In this document: in pieces, positions 51,331 through 63,351 of the stretch | How the letters are laid out: every line of letters begins with the position of its first letter | How positions within the stretch are numbered: position 1 is the first letter of the stretch | Assembly: GCA_973895155.1 (NCBI GenBank) | Contig: OZ316897.1 | Span: 7,554,470-7,618,469, forward strand | Source: Marsupella aquatica | Taxonomy: Eukaryota > Plantae > Marchantiophyta | Direction: 5' to 3' | Length of the DNA: 64,000 bases | Position numbers and translations under genes: made by a program | Notes under the pieces: generated by a model | Told to the model about the DNA's origin: nothing | The model's database searches: none | The model's input: the letters and a program-made list of their open reading frames with translations, nothing else

Positions 51331-51949
51331 TTTTTTTCACATTAATTATTTTATTTTTATTCAAAAATAAATTCATAACAAGAACAGAAAAAGCCCCAAG
51401 AAACCCCATGGCAAGGACCAGAGGGAGGCAAGGGGTGAAACCCAGCAGCAAAGCAAAAGGACACCAGCGAAGGCCGCAACAGCACCAGCGTCCAAGAAAC
51501 AAAGCCCCTGGCCCCTAGGTCAAGATTTTAAGGCGAGAATGAATCCCTTCAACCATCTACTAATGGCCAAAAAATGAACCACCTACAATCCCACATCCAG
51601 TGCACAAAATGGCAGTCCCAATGGATGGGACTCCAATGAGAGATAGCAAACTCCCTAGCTAGGTTCAGAATAATCTCACCTGGTATGCCAATTCCTAAAG
51701 GATAGAGACCTTCTCTTAGGTTGCTTACTATTGTGATCAGAGCAGGAGGCACTGCCACTACAAGCTTGCCAACCTCCGCCTACCCAAGGGGAAGTGGGGA
51801 AACTCTTACAAATCCTACCAATAACCCAAATCCTAATTTGTTCTAAGACTTACATGGTTGCTGGTTAACGTGTTGTTGTGCTGATCAATGGCTCTAGTGA
51901 CCATGGTAACAAGTCCATCTAAAAGCCTTAGTGATAGCAGATTTCTAAC
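51331..51949 (-). mobile_element. LINE 3' fragment inserted in CRE copy 2
   Basis: Poly-T/AT-rich left end; GT-rich 3' UTR on the minus strand. Flanked by GACACCTTT / GACACTTTT, and the CRE sequence resumes on the right. Confidence 0.6.
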
Positions 51950-52128
51950 GACACTTTTGTGCATTTGATGTCTCCATTTGTCTCCCTTTTATAACAAGGT
52001 ACTTTTCTCTCATCTCCATGGCTTCATTGACAGCTCAGACTTCCTATTTCTCTGGGTGTTTTTGGGCTTACTTCCATTGAGAGCCTAGCACCTTTGCTTT
52101 TTGGGGAGCATGGGCGACCGCCTTCTCA

Positions 52129-52601
52129 CTTGGGGATCTCACTCAGTCTATGGAAGCCTCCCCCCATCACCTGCAACATTTTTAGGCCTCGGACCCATTT
52201 TATTTATTACAGTTTTTATATACATTGTCAATGACAATGTTTGAATTTATGTCCAATACTGCCACATTGTTTTTTGTATTTACAAAATTGCTACGGTTTT
52301 TTCATATAGCTCCCCTTGATACCTTGGTGAACTTGTCATCCATATACAAAATTGTGGCATTTTTATAAAGACAAAAAAAAATTGTGGCAGTATTGTGAAT
52401 TAGAACATTTTTGGTGGCAAAGTACTTAAAAGCTATTATTTAACCCCTATAACATTGGAATATTCTTATAAATCTCAAAATTGGATTTATAAGACCCTAA
52501 TATTCTTCCCATAAAACTTTAATTCTTCCTTTTCAAACAATAAAACGTTAAGTATCCTTTGTCACAAATGATGTGTCATTTTGTGGAAGTGAAACCCCGA
52601 G
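52129..52601 (+). mobile_element. Third copy of the CTCGGGG MITE, inserted in CRE copy 2
   Basis: CTTGGGGATCTCAC...GAAACCCCGAG; TSD CCTTCTCA (52121-52128) / CCCTCTCA (52602-52609). The empty site is visible in CRE copy 1 (~16473-16480). Confidence 0.88.
52211..52434. mobile_element. Small foldback MITE (~80-bp TIRs) nested in the third MITE copy
   Basis: AGTTTTTATATACATTGTCA...AATACTGCCACA versus TGTGGCAGTATTG...TGGCAAAGTACTTAAAAGCT. Absent from the copy at 47985. Confidence 0.6.
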
Positions 52602-55581
52602 CCCTCTCATTGTTGGCAGATTGTTTCCTTACTGATGATCAGCTTTTTTCCTTTTATCTCTCATAGAGGTTGAAGAGGGTTTTCTCCCATTTGAAGTTCA
52701 TTTGCGCAAGGCATAGTCCTCATATCGGATCCCGTACAAGCTGTGTCACTTTCATTTCAGGAGTTTTTATCCTTGGACCTTGTCCATCTTCAAGCTGACC
52801 TTGCTAGGCGTATGCTTGGGCATATGCACACTTTTACCCTCTCTAGCGTCCTTGTTGAGGCAATCTAGCCATTCCTCATCTACGGATGTCTTTAGAGGAG
52901 TTCTTGATAGCCATGCATCTTTGTGTGGGGTTGCTCCATCCACTTCTGACTTGTAGGTTTACCTACTTCTTGCACATGTGGGAAGCCTTGTGATGCCATA
53001 GGTGTCTATTTTCTTTGGTGCAGTTTGGGTTGTACATGACGGACGTTGCAAGGGATGCGACTTCTCAAGTTTTCTCTGGATCTGGTCCATGCGCGGCAGG
53101 AGGTGATGCTTGAGTTACCTAGTCCTCCGTCACAATGAATATGGGTTGATCTTACCATGATCCGTGATGGTCAACATACTTTGGCAGATAGTGATGGCAA
53201 ACCCTTTGTGCCAAGACATCATCAAGACAGTGCAACAACGGTAGGGCTCACGGCAAGGGCAGCGGCATCACGGGCGGCAGCAACAAAAGAGGCCAAATAT
53301 ATTGCACAAGCTTCATCTAATAGCTTCCTCCCCTAGCTTGCTCTTAAGATCTTTGGGCGTCTTCTTCAGTAGGCTTCTCATGATATTCAAGGCCGGATGG
53401 GTCCCATGGGAACTCTGCTATCTGTTTTGACCATGCACTTTTGTCAACGCATTTTAATGACATTAGAGTGTGCTCAAGCTTGGGCCGTCTATCATCAATC
53501 TCTCATAGTGGGTGCCAATGTGCTTTCATAGAGGCTTGCCCCCTCTAGAGGACATTCCCATCCGACTTGACGATTTAGTTTTGACACTTGATATGGACCT
53601 GTATATGGACCATTAGCTTTTGCCACATTTGCTAGGTGTGATGCTGACCTTGGTTCATTGTGTTAGCTCGTGTGTTAGTTTAGTTTCATTTTGTTTCTTG
53701 GTTTTTAGGGGTTTCCCTTTGCTCTCTTTGTTTGAGTTTAGTTTTTTGTCCACTTTGGACCTCTTTTGTTTGTTCTTTTGTACTCTATTTGGCTCTTTCG
53801 ATCTATAAAAAGTTTGTATTTGTTTTTTGTTTTGTTCTAATTTTGAGCAAAGCATCCAAATAACAGTTACTCCCACAGTTCTTGTAGACTGCCCTCAAGG
53901 CTTGTCTTAGGTGGCACAAAATATGACCAAGATATGCCATGGAAAGTTGTGCTATCAATAACCTATTTGTATACCTGGGCTTGATTTGATGAGTCCTTTC
54001 AAGTGTGTTTTTTAATCAAATGATTTATTTAGGGTTAAGGAGGTTAGTTAGGTTTAATGCAAGAGACCGCTTTTTAGTCTTTCTAGATTGCTAGTTGTGT
54101 GTTGTCAATGTATGGGAGTTCGTTCCTTTCTCTTAAATTTGTCATTACGTACTTAAGGTTTCCACTCATTTTCTCTATGGTTTATTTCCTATTCACTTTT
54201 TAATGAAATCATGTAATCCTCCATTTCAGCTAAAACATAATATTTCTTTAGGCTTTCATTCCAAGCTGCCTAGTGATTTTGTTTGCTCTTTGGCTCGTGA
54301 TCAAAATATTTAAAATGAGCTTAGTTAGTGTTTTTGCAATGTCAATAATTATGTAACCAAAACTACAACACTTCCACATCCACAACATGATTGCATGAAT
54401 GACACTACCAAAATGACAACATTTTATTGTGTCATGTGCACTTTTGTGCCTTGCCTCAACATTTTTGTGCAATGCATGGACAATAACATTGTCACAATTA
54501 ACAACAACCATGCAATGTTCACATGACGTTGGGCTATATATGACCCGTCCAAGGAACAAAAGTGCCACAACAAGGGATAGGATCTGTTGGTACTTTCTAG
54601 CACTGGTTAGGTTAACTAGGGCACAAACCAACTATGGGTAAGGGGTGCTGGAGTTAGACATGGAGACGGGGTACAGCCTTGTGAGAGGACTTCATTGTGC
54701 TCATATTAGATATCAGTTTCAAAAGTAGAGACCGAGGGAGAGAAGAAGATTGTCATAGAGCAGCTTGTGAGCTTGTCACGCTATGGCGGATGGACTAGTT
54801 CATGTATAGTGGCTGTGGGCGCAGCCCAGACGGGGTGAGTCATGTATCTTTGTGTCGGTGTCTATTTCTTGTTTATGCTGGTTCTCAATGAAGTTGTGTT
54901 GTGCAATATTCCCCCAAGAATATCCTAGTCATGGGGAAAAAATGGGGGAAAGACTTGTATTCGGGGTAAAATATGATGTACAGAGTAAAGGAAAGGTAAA
55001 ACAAACTAGGAGTACAAGGCATACTATGTGTATCCCTACTGGCACATCTAAAATTGATAGCTAGATACCTATTTAGAATAATATTCAGCAAATGATTTAA
55101 ACAAAAATATTGAGTTTATTATGGTATGGATTGATAGTACACCGTATACTCTCACATTTTGAAGGATAATTACGGGAAATTGCATACTTGTGGGATCAAC
55201 TTCAGCTGTTTGTGACCAGAAGTTTTGGTCATAGGCCTAGTATCATTGCGTCCATTTGTCACTGGCCTAGGTTTACCAGGTCCATGGCCAAAAAGGTTTT
55301 GGTCAGATGAGACTCAACAAACTGCCTCCCATCCCTCCAACCTCCATCATTACCTCCTTGCCTACCCACACCATGGCTAGTTTGACTGGGTCCATTGTTC
55401 ACAGCCCTCATTATACCAGGTCAATTGCCAATAGGTTTTATACAGTCACGCAAGATTGAACAAACTATTTTCCATCTCGCTTGTACTTCTTCCATAATTT
55501 CTACCTAGCTTGTTGCCTACCCATCCTATGGCGAGTTAAACAACTACTCGATGTCATATTTCATTTCCTTTCCTTTTTTGC

Positions 55582-55729
55582 AATTGTCTTTCATGAAGTT
55601 GTACTCCAAGCTATTTTAATTGTCACCTTCATCCCTTGTTAACTATAGTGTTGATTAAATTGTCTTTCATGAAGTTGTACTCCAAACTATTTTACTTGTC
55701 ACCTTCATCCCTTGTTAACTAGAGTGTTG
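55582..55729. repeat. Tandem duplication, 76-bp unit x2
   Basis: AATTGTCTTTCATGAAGTTGTACTCCAA... at 55582 and 55658. Confidence 0.9.
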
Positions 55730-56805
55730 TTATCAACCCAAGGTCTTTAGAGATTGGTCCAATGCAATGTGGCCAGGCCCCACTAGAGACCTCCATTATA
55801 GTATGTAATTACTGTCGGGAAAGAGGTTACTTTGGGGCAATAGATTATGGAAATAACAAGTACCCTCCAAAAATGGTTACACACTGACTCCTGCATTCCA
55901 TTCAAAAATTACATGCTGTTGCACAAAGCCTGTGCTTGTCCTATCATTGGGTCTTGAAAGTAGCAACAATTGGTGGCTTTTTCCGACTAAAACCGAGAAT
56001 GGAATGAACAGGCAGGGATGTAGTTGGGCTTGGACTAGATCTTGTTGCACGCCCTCTCCTTTGAACCGCTATAAGGCTGAACTAATGGACAGTGCTTTGC
56101 CATAAGAAGCTCTAAGAATCACTGGGACCTCACGTCATATAGGACAGTGTAGTTACCCCATTATACAAAATGTGGTCAAGGTGGTAGTTAACATTAATGT
56201 AGATATAGAAAAATGATGCTCCCATTGACCACAACATTGGATTTGAAAACCCCCATGGACCACATTTCCCAGTATTTGAGTTTGATTGTAATAATTTATG
56301 TTCATAAATTCAAATATTTTTTAGTTTTGAGGATTGCTAGAGGAGTAGGTAAGCTTATGTCACTTCCATCAAAGTGACAGTGAAGTTTTGGTCATTTTAG
56401 TTGAGTTATTCATCATGGAATGCGGAGGGGTAAATTCTCATTAATTTTCATTGTGTTAATATGAAATATTAGGGCTTGTGTTTTTATGTTTCCTCCTTCT
56501 CTAGTTGTCTTGCATGTGAAAATCCAATTAAATGTTATTTTAAAAATCATTATCATCAAGTTATATGCCCAAAACTCACATATGGACAACAAAAATGTGG
56601 TCCACCGGAAGAGCTCAATCCAACATAGTGGTTCACTTTTGTGGAAATAAGTTACCAATTTGAATCAATTTGGGGGAAGTATGTGCTTGACGGACCCTGG
56701 AAAAATTTTCTTATATGATGGGCCCCTATGAAAGGTTTGTTACCTACTAGGACCCCTCTAATGAGTTGTACAAGAGGTTCCTACACAATTTTTGGCCTCA
56801 ACTTA

Positions 56806-57672
56806 TGTTGAACTATGACGTCTTCCTTCATGACGATACAATCATGACTCATACCATGCACACGTAGTCGACACAATCCATACGTGGTTCACCTCTTCCT
56901 CAAGTTGCTCCATTATAATGAGCAAGCACCACGTACCAACAACTTACACTAGCCCTGGTATAATTATGCAAGGTCACACACGACTAACCTAACCTCAGCT
57001 AAGTCCATAATTGTGGTTAGCCTAATTGCCATAACCTACGAGTCACAAGACGTAGAGATCTTCCTTAACAAACTCCCCCTTGACTCTAGTCTTGGGGACT
57101 GCAATTTCTGCTATCCATATGCGATACTCAGCGGGAAATTCTAAACAAAACCTTAAGACCATAGGTGTGCCCCTAGAAACCATTTGAGGTTAACTAAGGA
57201 TTAACTAGAATTAAGCCGTAACCTTAATAGGATTGAGTAACCCATATACAGAAATTACATATTATTAAGTTGCAAATGCAAAACTAGTGTTGCAAATGCA
57301 AAACTTGCAAAGTAGCACGGTGTCTTGAGTAACTCTCCAAAGGAATCACTTTCGTAAAAGCATCAGCCGGGTTGAGCTTTCCATCCATCTTGACTAGCTC
57401 AAACATTTTCTTAGACACTGCAGGCCTAATAAAATGGTACCTGATGTCAATGTGTTTCACCCTACTATCCATAACCTGGTTAATAGCTAGGTGAAGCGCA
57501 CTCTGGCTGTCACAATGAAGAGCCATTTTTCCATGCTCCAATCCCATCTCAATGACCAGCTTATCCAACCAAATTGCTTCCTTTGTTGCTTTTGTTGTTG
57601 TAACATATTTTGCTTCTGTAGTAGACTGAGATACACACTTCTACAAGGTAGATCTCCAACTTATGCATCCTC
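56806..57672 (-). mobile_element. Truncated Copia (RNase H end, PPT, 265-bp 3' LTR) related to the 30118 element
   Basis: RNase H LHCDSQSALHL...KHIDIRYHFIR (57284-57670); PPT AGACTAGAGTCAAGGGGGAG identical to the first Copia; LTR 56806-57070 TGTT...AACA sharing GAGGTGAACCACGTAT. Cut at 57672 by the CACTA element. Confidence 0.9.
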
Positions 57673-58451
57673 CACTACAACACAATGACCCTCTTTTGCG
57701 AAAACCCTCCCTTGCATGCAACAAAGCAAACAATATCGGCCAACTCCTTGTTGCGAAACGCCGCGCATCTCAACATCTTTGCTCTTTTCCATGCCCACAC
57801 CTTTGCAACTGGACCTTTGCAAGAGCTTCGCACTTTGTGACTACTTGAACATCGCGCAAGTGTGATGCCATACCTACTGCAATATTTGCAAAGCAGGCAC
57901 TATGGGCACGTTTGCAATTCGCCAAGAAATGCTAATGTAGCGATGCTAAAATCATCGCCAGATTACAATTTAGGACACATCGGTAGATTGCGAGCCATAC
58001 TCTCTCTCAATACTGCGATATGTTTATGTTTGCTACATTTGCAAAATTAAACACATCTCAAATGTGCGGAAATCGTGTGTTTGCATATTTGCGATTCAAA
58101 CAATGTCACAAAATTTGTGAGGATGAGCGTTTAGAAAGTTTTGCAATGGTTGTGTCTTGGCTATTTGAGATGAAAGCTGGTTCTCAAGGGTTTTGCAAAA
58201 GGTATTTTTGAAATATTAGGGTATTATAGGGTTTAGTGGATTAGGGAGACAATTCATATAGTTGAAGGAGGGAGAAAGGGATGTAGGTAGACCGGAATGC
58301 CGCAATTAAAAAGACATTACTCAAAAAGTACAAAAGTTACAAAATGGAAGGGTAAGAACCCTTAGCTAAAAGTTGCATGTCCATGCTAATCCCCCTATAC
58401 ATGTGAACTACCTAAGTCTCTAGGGTAATCTAGGCACCTATCTAGATAGAG

Positions 58452-60545
58452 CTAGAAAGGAGAGTTCCTGCCCCTCCTTGACTTCTTCCCCTTGGCCTTC
58501 TCCTTGCCCTTGCGTGCTCTTGGGGGGGGGGGACCGGGGCCTCCTCCTCCTCTTGGTCTCCCTCCTCATCCTCATCCCCATCCCCATCCCCATCCCCTAC
58601 CGCACTACCACTCGTAGCACCAGTGGAGTGTGTTGATGCAAATGATTGCTCTCCAGTGCTAGTTGGCCTGACTCGACTAGCAGGAGCAGTGCTCCCCTCC
58701 CCTGTCCCCTCCTCATCTTCATCGCTACTATCACCCTCGGTATGGGAGTCACCATCATCATCCGGTCTCTATTACATTAGCAAACCAGCCATGCATTAGT
58801 CATATAGAACCTTACAATTAAGTGAATGACATAAGAGGGAATTTTTTATAAATGCAATCAACACATTAACCTGAAAATTAACGCTCACCAATAATTGATC
58901 AACTTGCCGAAAGAGATGCTCCTTCCCATGTTTCTAGCCCACCTCCATCTCAGCTGCTGTGATCTTCCTCTTGTACCTCTTGTACTAACCAAAACAAAAA
59001 CCGGCACAATTGGTCAATTTAACCAAGCAATAACGGCAAGCCAAAATGCCTTAAAACAATTAGAGGGGTTAATTAGGTGCTGGTGGGGTTGGGGCTTAGG
59101 TTGGGGGTGGTTTTACAAGGGTGGCATGGGGGCTTACGACCCTCAAACAATACTTGAACGTTTTGAAATTTTCAAAAATTCAAATTTTTTGAATTTGCGA
59201 AGGCTCCAGCTTCGCAAACGTAAGGGAAAACTAGGTTGCAAAAGTGATTGAGATGCGCGTGGCTTTGCAAGGGCATCGCAAAATTATTTCCAAAAAAGTG
59301 AATAACAAGGTTTGCGAAGCAGTTGCAAAGTGACGCGCATTGCAAATGCTTTGCAAACTCTATTATGACAAAAAGTCGAAAGGGAAGCAAATTTACGTGA
59401 CCTAATCTGACACAACAACTCCAATTGGAAGTACTTGGTGCCACAGCATAAAAGTGTTGGGGCATTGCAAGTGTGTTGGAATAGAAATTGGAGGAGTAAG
59501 AAGTCAAGAGAGGAGAGGGCGGTGCACTCACAAATGCTACTTTGAGGCCGGGGAGGCCACCTTGACCAAGCCTGTGGGTGATGTTGGGCTTTTCTCGGAC
59601 TCTCTCAGCTGCCTTCAAGAACTTGTTGGGCGGATCTCCCACCTCTGCTACAACCTGCTACAGCTGGGCCACCTTCTGCTCCATCATCTTCAGGTCACGG
59701 TCAGACTTCCCGGCCTCCTTTGCCTTCCGGGCCTTTGTCAACTTCTCTGTAAATTCATTCAGGACCCTGGCTGCTTTCAACTTCACCTCTGTGGCGTAGA
59801 AGGCCTGCCAGATATCTTTTGAGAATTGCAACGGCCTCCCCAAATTCCTGTACTCCTCCAGATCTCTCAGGTGAGCCCTGATCTTCATCCTGTCATGGTA
59901 TTAATGTGCTTGTGACATGGAATTTGAGATTTTATCAGCAAGCCATTGTGAATCCATCTCTCCTCTATTTTGGAATGCATCTTTCACCTGATTGATCACT
60001 CGCTTCTGCTCTGCCTTGGAGAAAGTGCCCCACTCAACTCCTCTTGCAAAATTTGTGGACACAATGTGTCTGATTGTGCTCTTGGCCCTATTGTAAGCAA
60101 GCTCTGTGGGAATTCCCTCATCCTCTAATGTAATCAGAGGCAGCTTCCTCCTTGCCTCCTCCTTCTTTCTCTACTCCTCCCTCTGTTTCCTGATCAAGTC
60201 TCTCTCATCTTTCCTCCTCTTCTTTTCCAAGGCTTGAGGGGAGACTACTCCAGCCTAAGCTCTCTCATCCCTCTTTCGCTTCTTCTCAGCGGCCTTCTGC
60301 TTGGCTGTCCTCCTTTCTTCCTCCTCTCTTGCTGCTTTCCTTGCACTGAGACCAGATTGCAAGGCCTGGCCCAATAACACACTCAACGATGCAAGCCCTG
60401 CTGGAGAGGTGAAATCAATCTTACTCAACTGCGCAACCAAGAAATGGTCATCCACGATCTTTTGAAGTCGATCCTCCTCCTCTTGGTTGCCTTCGCTGCT
60501 GCCAGAAGCTCCTCCATCACCTCCAGTTCCCCCTCCGCTTGCCAT
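58452..60545 (-). pseudogene. TnpA-like (Ptta/En/Spm-type) protein, 3 exons
   Basis: Exons ~60545-59532, 58984-58889 and 58768-58452 with GT-AG junctions. Motifs WGTFSKAEQKRV, P..FSKDIWQAF and THRLGQGG (cf. HRxGxxG), plus an acidic/basic tail. Five TAG/TAA stops and a poly-C frameshift. Confidence 0.75.
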
Positions 60546-60844
60546 CGCTCCTCCCTCGCCTGCGCTGCTCTGTCCCAAGGCCCGAAAGAAATGGATCCGC
60601 CTTGTCCGCGCTCGGCAAATGATAAGGACAGTAGAGTTAGGGTTTGCGAAGTCATTCGCATCGCAGTTTGCGATGTTTCTACCTTCTCAACCAGCTTCGC
60701 AAATGATATCTTTGCGACGAATATGGCTTCGCAAATGTGTTTGCAAAAACCCCCATCTCACATGTGTATTTTCTGTGAGTAGGGATACTAAGAGGGGTCA
60801 TAAACATTAAATTTGGTACAAGTAATTCATTGGATGTGATCATA

Positions 60845-61290
60845 TAAGGGTTGGGGGGTTTAAAAGTGCTGACATTGGAGGGTAAGAGGAGGGGTCTTAT
60901 GTTACGGCTTTTGGGTTTGGCCTGGTTGGGGGGGAGTGTCATTTTAGAAGGTTGGGGCTTATATTGGAAGGTAAGAGGCGAGGATTTATATTTTGGCTTT
61001 TGGGTTTTGCCTGGTTGGGAGGGTTTTTATTTTATGAAGGTTGGGGTTATGTGTATTGGAGGGTAAATGGAGGAATTTTATGTTTGACGTTTGGTTTGGT
61101 TGGGGGAGGGCCTAAATTATGAAGGTACGTTGGGCTTAGATTGGAGGGTAATATGAGGTGTTTTATGTTTTGGGTTTGGCCAGGGGGATTTCATTTTATG
61201 AATGTTTGGCTTATATGTATTGGAGTAAGAGGAGGTGTTTTATGTTTTGGCTTTTGGGGTTTAGGCCAACTTAGGAGGGAAAGACAGGTT
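60845..61290. repeat. Degenerate G/T-rich tandem array between the divergent CACTA genes
   Basis: Recurrent ATTGGAGGGTAAGAGG...TTTTATGTTTTGGCTTTTGGGTTTGGCC...GAAGGTTGGGG units. Confidence 0.7.
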
Positions 61291-61866
61291 CTATTTTCAT
61301 GGACACTTGGGTTAATTTTATGGTAACTTATGAGGGCAAGTTCTAAGAGGTTTTTATGCTAACAATTGAGGGGAAAACCCATTTAATCATGATACAGCCC
61401 GGGGACATCACTGCTTCCTCAACTTTTGTCTAATGCATATGCATTGTGGGAACCCGGGCATCTAAAAGGTATAACATGTATGTAGTGTTGTTAGTGGAGA
61501 TTTTTCATAAACCTTGCCATTTTTTTGTTTTGCAAAAATATATATATGTGTAACTTATGTTTGGGGTTCCACAACTTGAGAGATGCTAATGACTATCCAA
61601 AACTTACATTTTGTTTCCAGTATTTTCCTCCTACTTCTAGATTTGGCTCATGTTCATTGAGCCACACGACCTATAGGCACTGTTGAGCCCGGGTCTCATT
61701 TAGGTAATTCACTAACCTAATTCAGGGCTTAGACCATTACAATTTTCCCAAGGGTGACAATGTGATATTTTTGTGCATGACACTCTCCTTTGGGTTTCAT
61801 GCTAAACAAAAAAGGGTTTTTGTAGTTTAGTTTTAGGATATTTTTTGGCCGAGAGGGATTCTAATC

Positions 61867-63053
61867 ATGCCCTACATGCAATGTAATGTGGCAGTGGATA
61901 TGTGCTCCTCCTCTGAACTATCCAGTAGTGAGTACTCCTCCTCCTCCAATGTACCCCCTCCTCCTCAACCTGAGGTTACCAGTCCTCGTGGTCCTCCCCG
62001 GAGACTTTGTGAGTGCACCAGATGTGTGGGCCAAGTTTCTCAAAAATCTTATGTGTGTGCTCAACATATTGAGAGATATGGACGTCACAGGGGTCTTACT
62101 CCGGGGGCTTCTTCATCCCATATGGTACGTGGATTTCAATTGTTTACCTTTTTTTCCTCATATTTTCATAAGTGAATCAATGTTTACACATATGGTTTTT
62201 TGTGGGTTTTTGCATGGAATAGGGATCCAGTATGCATAGACTGGTGACACCACCACCCTATGTCCCATCACAAGGAGTTTTAGATGCTATAGGCAATGCA
62301 CTTTCACAAGCCTTGGGTGTAGGGATCAGTACCAATCATGGGACTGAAGAGGAACAGTCTCATGTGCCCACTGAGACACGAAGACCCCGGTCCAGGCCCC
62401 AGTCCAAGAGGAGGCCACGAGCACCCAATGACCCATCAAGAACACTAGTTGAGGGTAGGTGGGGCATTTGTTCACTCACTGGCAAGTGTGCCTCTATCAT
62501 CAAAGATTGGGATCCTATAACTCTTGGCTTGCCTTATTTTCCCGGTTATGATGAGGAGATTGTGGTTTGGGGTAGACGTTGGATTGTGAAAGCTTCCACA
62601 CTTGGAGAGAGACACGGATATGGAGTATTTGCTTGTGAGGAAATCATCATGGATGATGGGAGTGGGTCAAGTGCTCGTGGTAGAGAGGGTCCTACTTTGT
62701 TCCCATACAGTGGACCCATCTACAAGAGAAGACACTGGAACATGATCCTTGCACAACATCCTGAGTGGAAAATATATGCCCTAGAGATGGATACTTTTCA
62801 TGGTAGCACTAGAAGGTATAGTGAATAGCGGGTGATAGATGGTGATCCCGTACGTAATGGGAATATTGCTGGCTTTATAAATAGTATTGTGGGGACTCGG
62901 CCCAAGCGTAGGGCCAATTGTGAGTGGGTTTTTACTGATGGCCTAATGTTGGCACCATATGGAACAACATATCATAAGGACCATTGCTTAGTTCTTGCCA
63001 CTAGGACTATTAGAGCTGGAGATGAGTTATGCACACACTATGAGTGGGATTAG
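61867..63053 (+). CDS. CACTA-borne CxCxxC...H / SET-domain fusion protein (~362 aa, 2 exons, one premature TAG)
   Basis: Exon 1 61867-62124 (RLCECTRC...VCAQHIERYG); phase-0 intron 62125-62222 (GTACGT...AATAG); exon 2 62223-63053 in frame. SET motifs: VKAST..HGYGVFA, YSGPIY, YALEM, IDG...GNIAGFINS...NCEWV, LATRTIRAGDELCTHY. TAG at 62826, probably from CAG. Confidence 0.85.
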
Positions 63054-63285
63054 GGAGCCATGTCATACATCCTCTTGTACCTTGTGTGGACTTCACACTT
63101 ATCATTGTATACATGTCCTCTGGCCTCATTTTGGAGTAGTATAATTTTGGTGTGGCCCTTCACTTAAGTTCTTAATGTGAATGCATGCAATCAATCCTTA
63201 AAACTGATTGTTAATTTGTCTTGAATGAATGGTCCGAAGTCTGTTTTTGTTGTACCTGGTGAAATATACGGGGTATTTACATAAG

Positions 63286-63351
63286 ACAGGAAACAGGAAA
63301 ACAGGAAAACAGGAAAACCCAAAACAGGAAATGATGACAGGAAACAGGAAA
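63286..63351. repeat. ACAGGAAA(A) short tandem repeats
   Basis: About 7 copies of ACAGGAA; probably the end of another inserted element. Confidence 0.75.

Larger units (their letters stand above)
51213..53820 (+). mobile_element. Second, 5'-truncated and decayed copy of the CRE-type retrotransposon
   Basis: Colinear with ~16172-17790 (e.g. CTCCCTAAGTT(A/G)GCAGA, GACCTTGCTAGGCGTATGC, GGGAAGCCTTGTGATGCCA, the 3' UTR). Interrupted at ~51331-51949 and 52129-52601. Confidence 0.92.
57673..63200. mobile_element. CACTA/EnSpm element; left end seen, right end not found in the window
   Basis: CACTACAACA begins exactly where the Copia RNase H breaks. Dense subterminal TTTGC(G/A)A repeats at 57690-58200 and a TnpA-like gene inside. 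Predicted 3-bp TSD CTC. Confidence 0.82.

Noticed and set aside
61480-61496. TGTAGTG / TTAGTG as the right CACTA terminus
   Set aside because: The match to the left TIR is short, it is not followed by the CTC TSD, and there are no adjacent TTTGCGA subterminal repeats.
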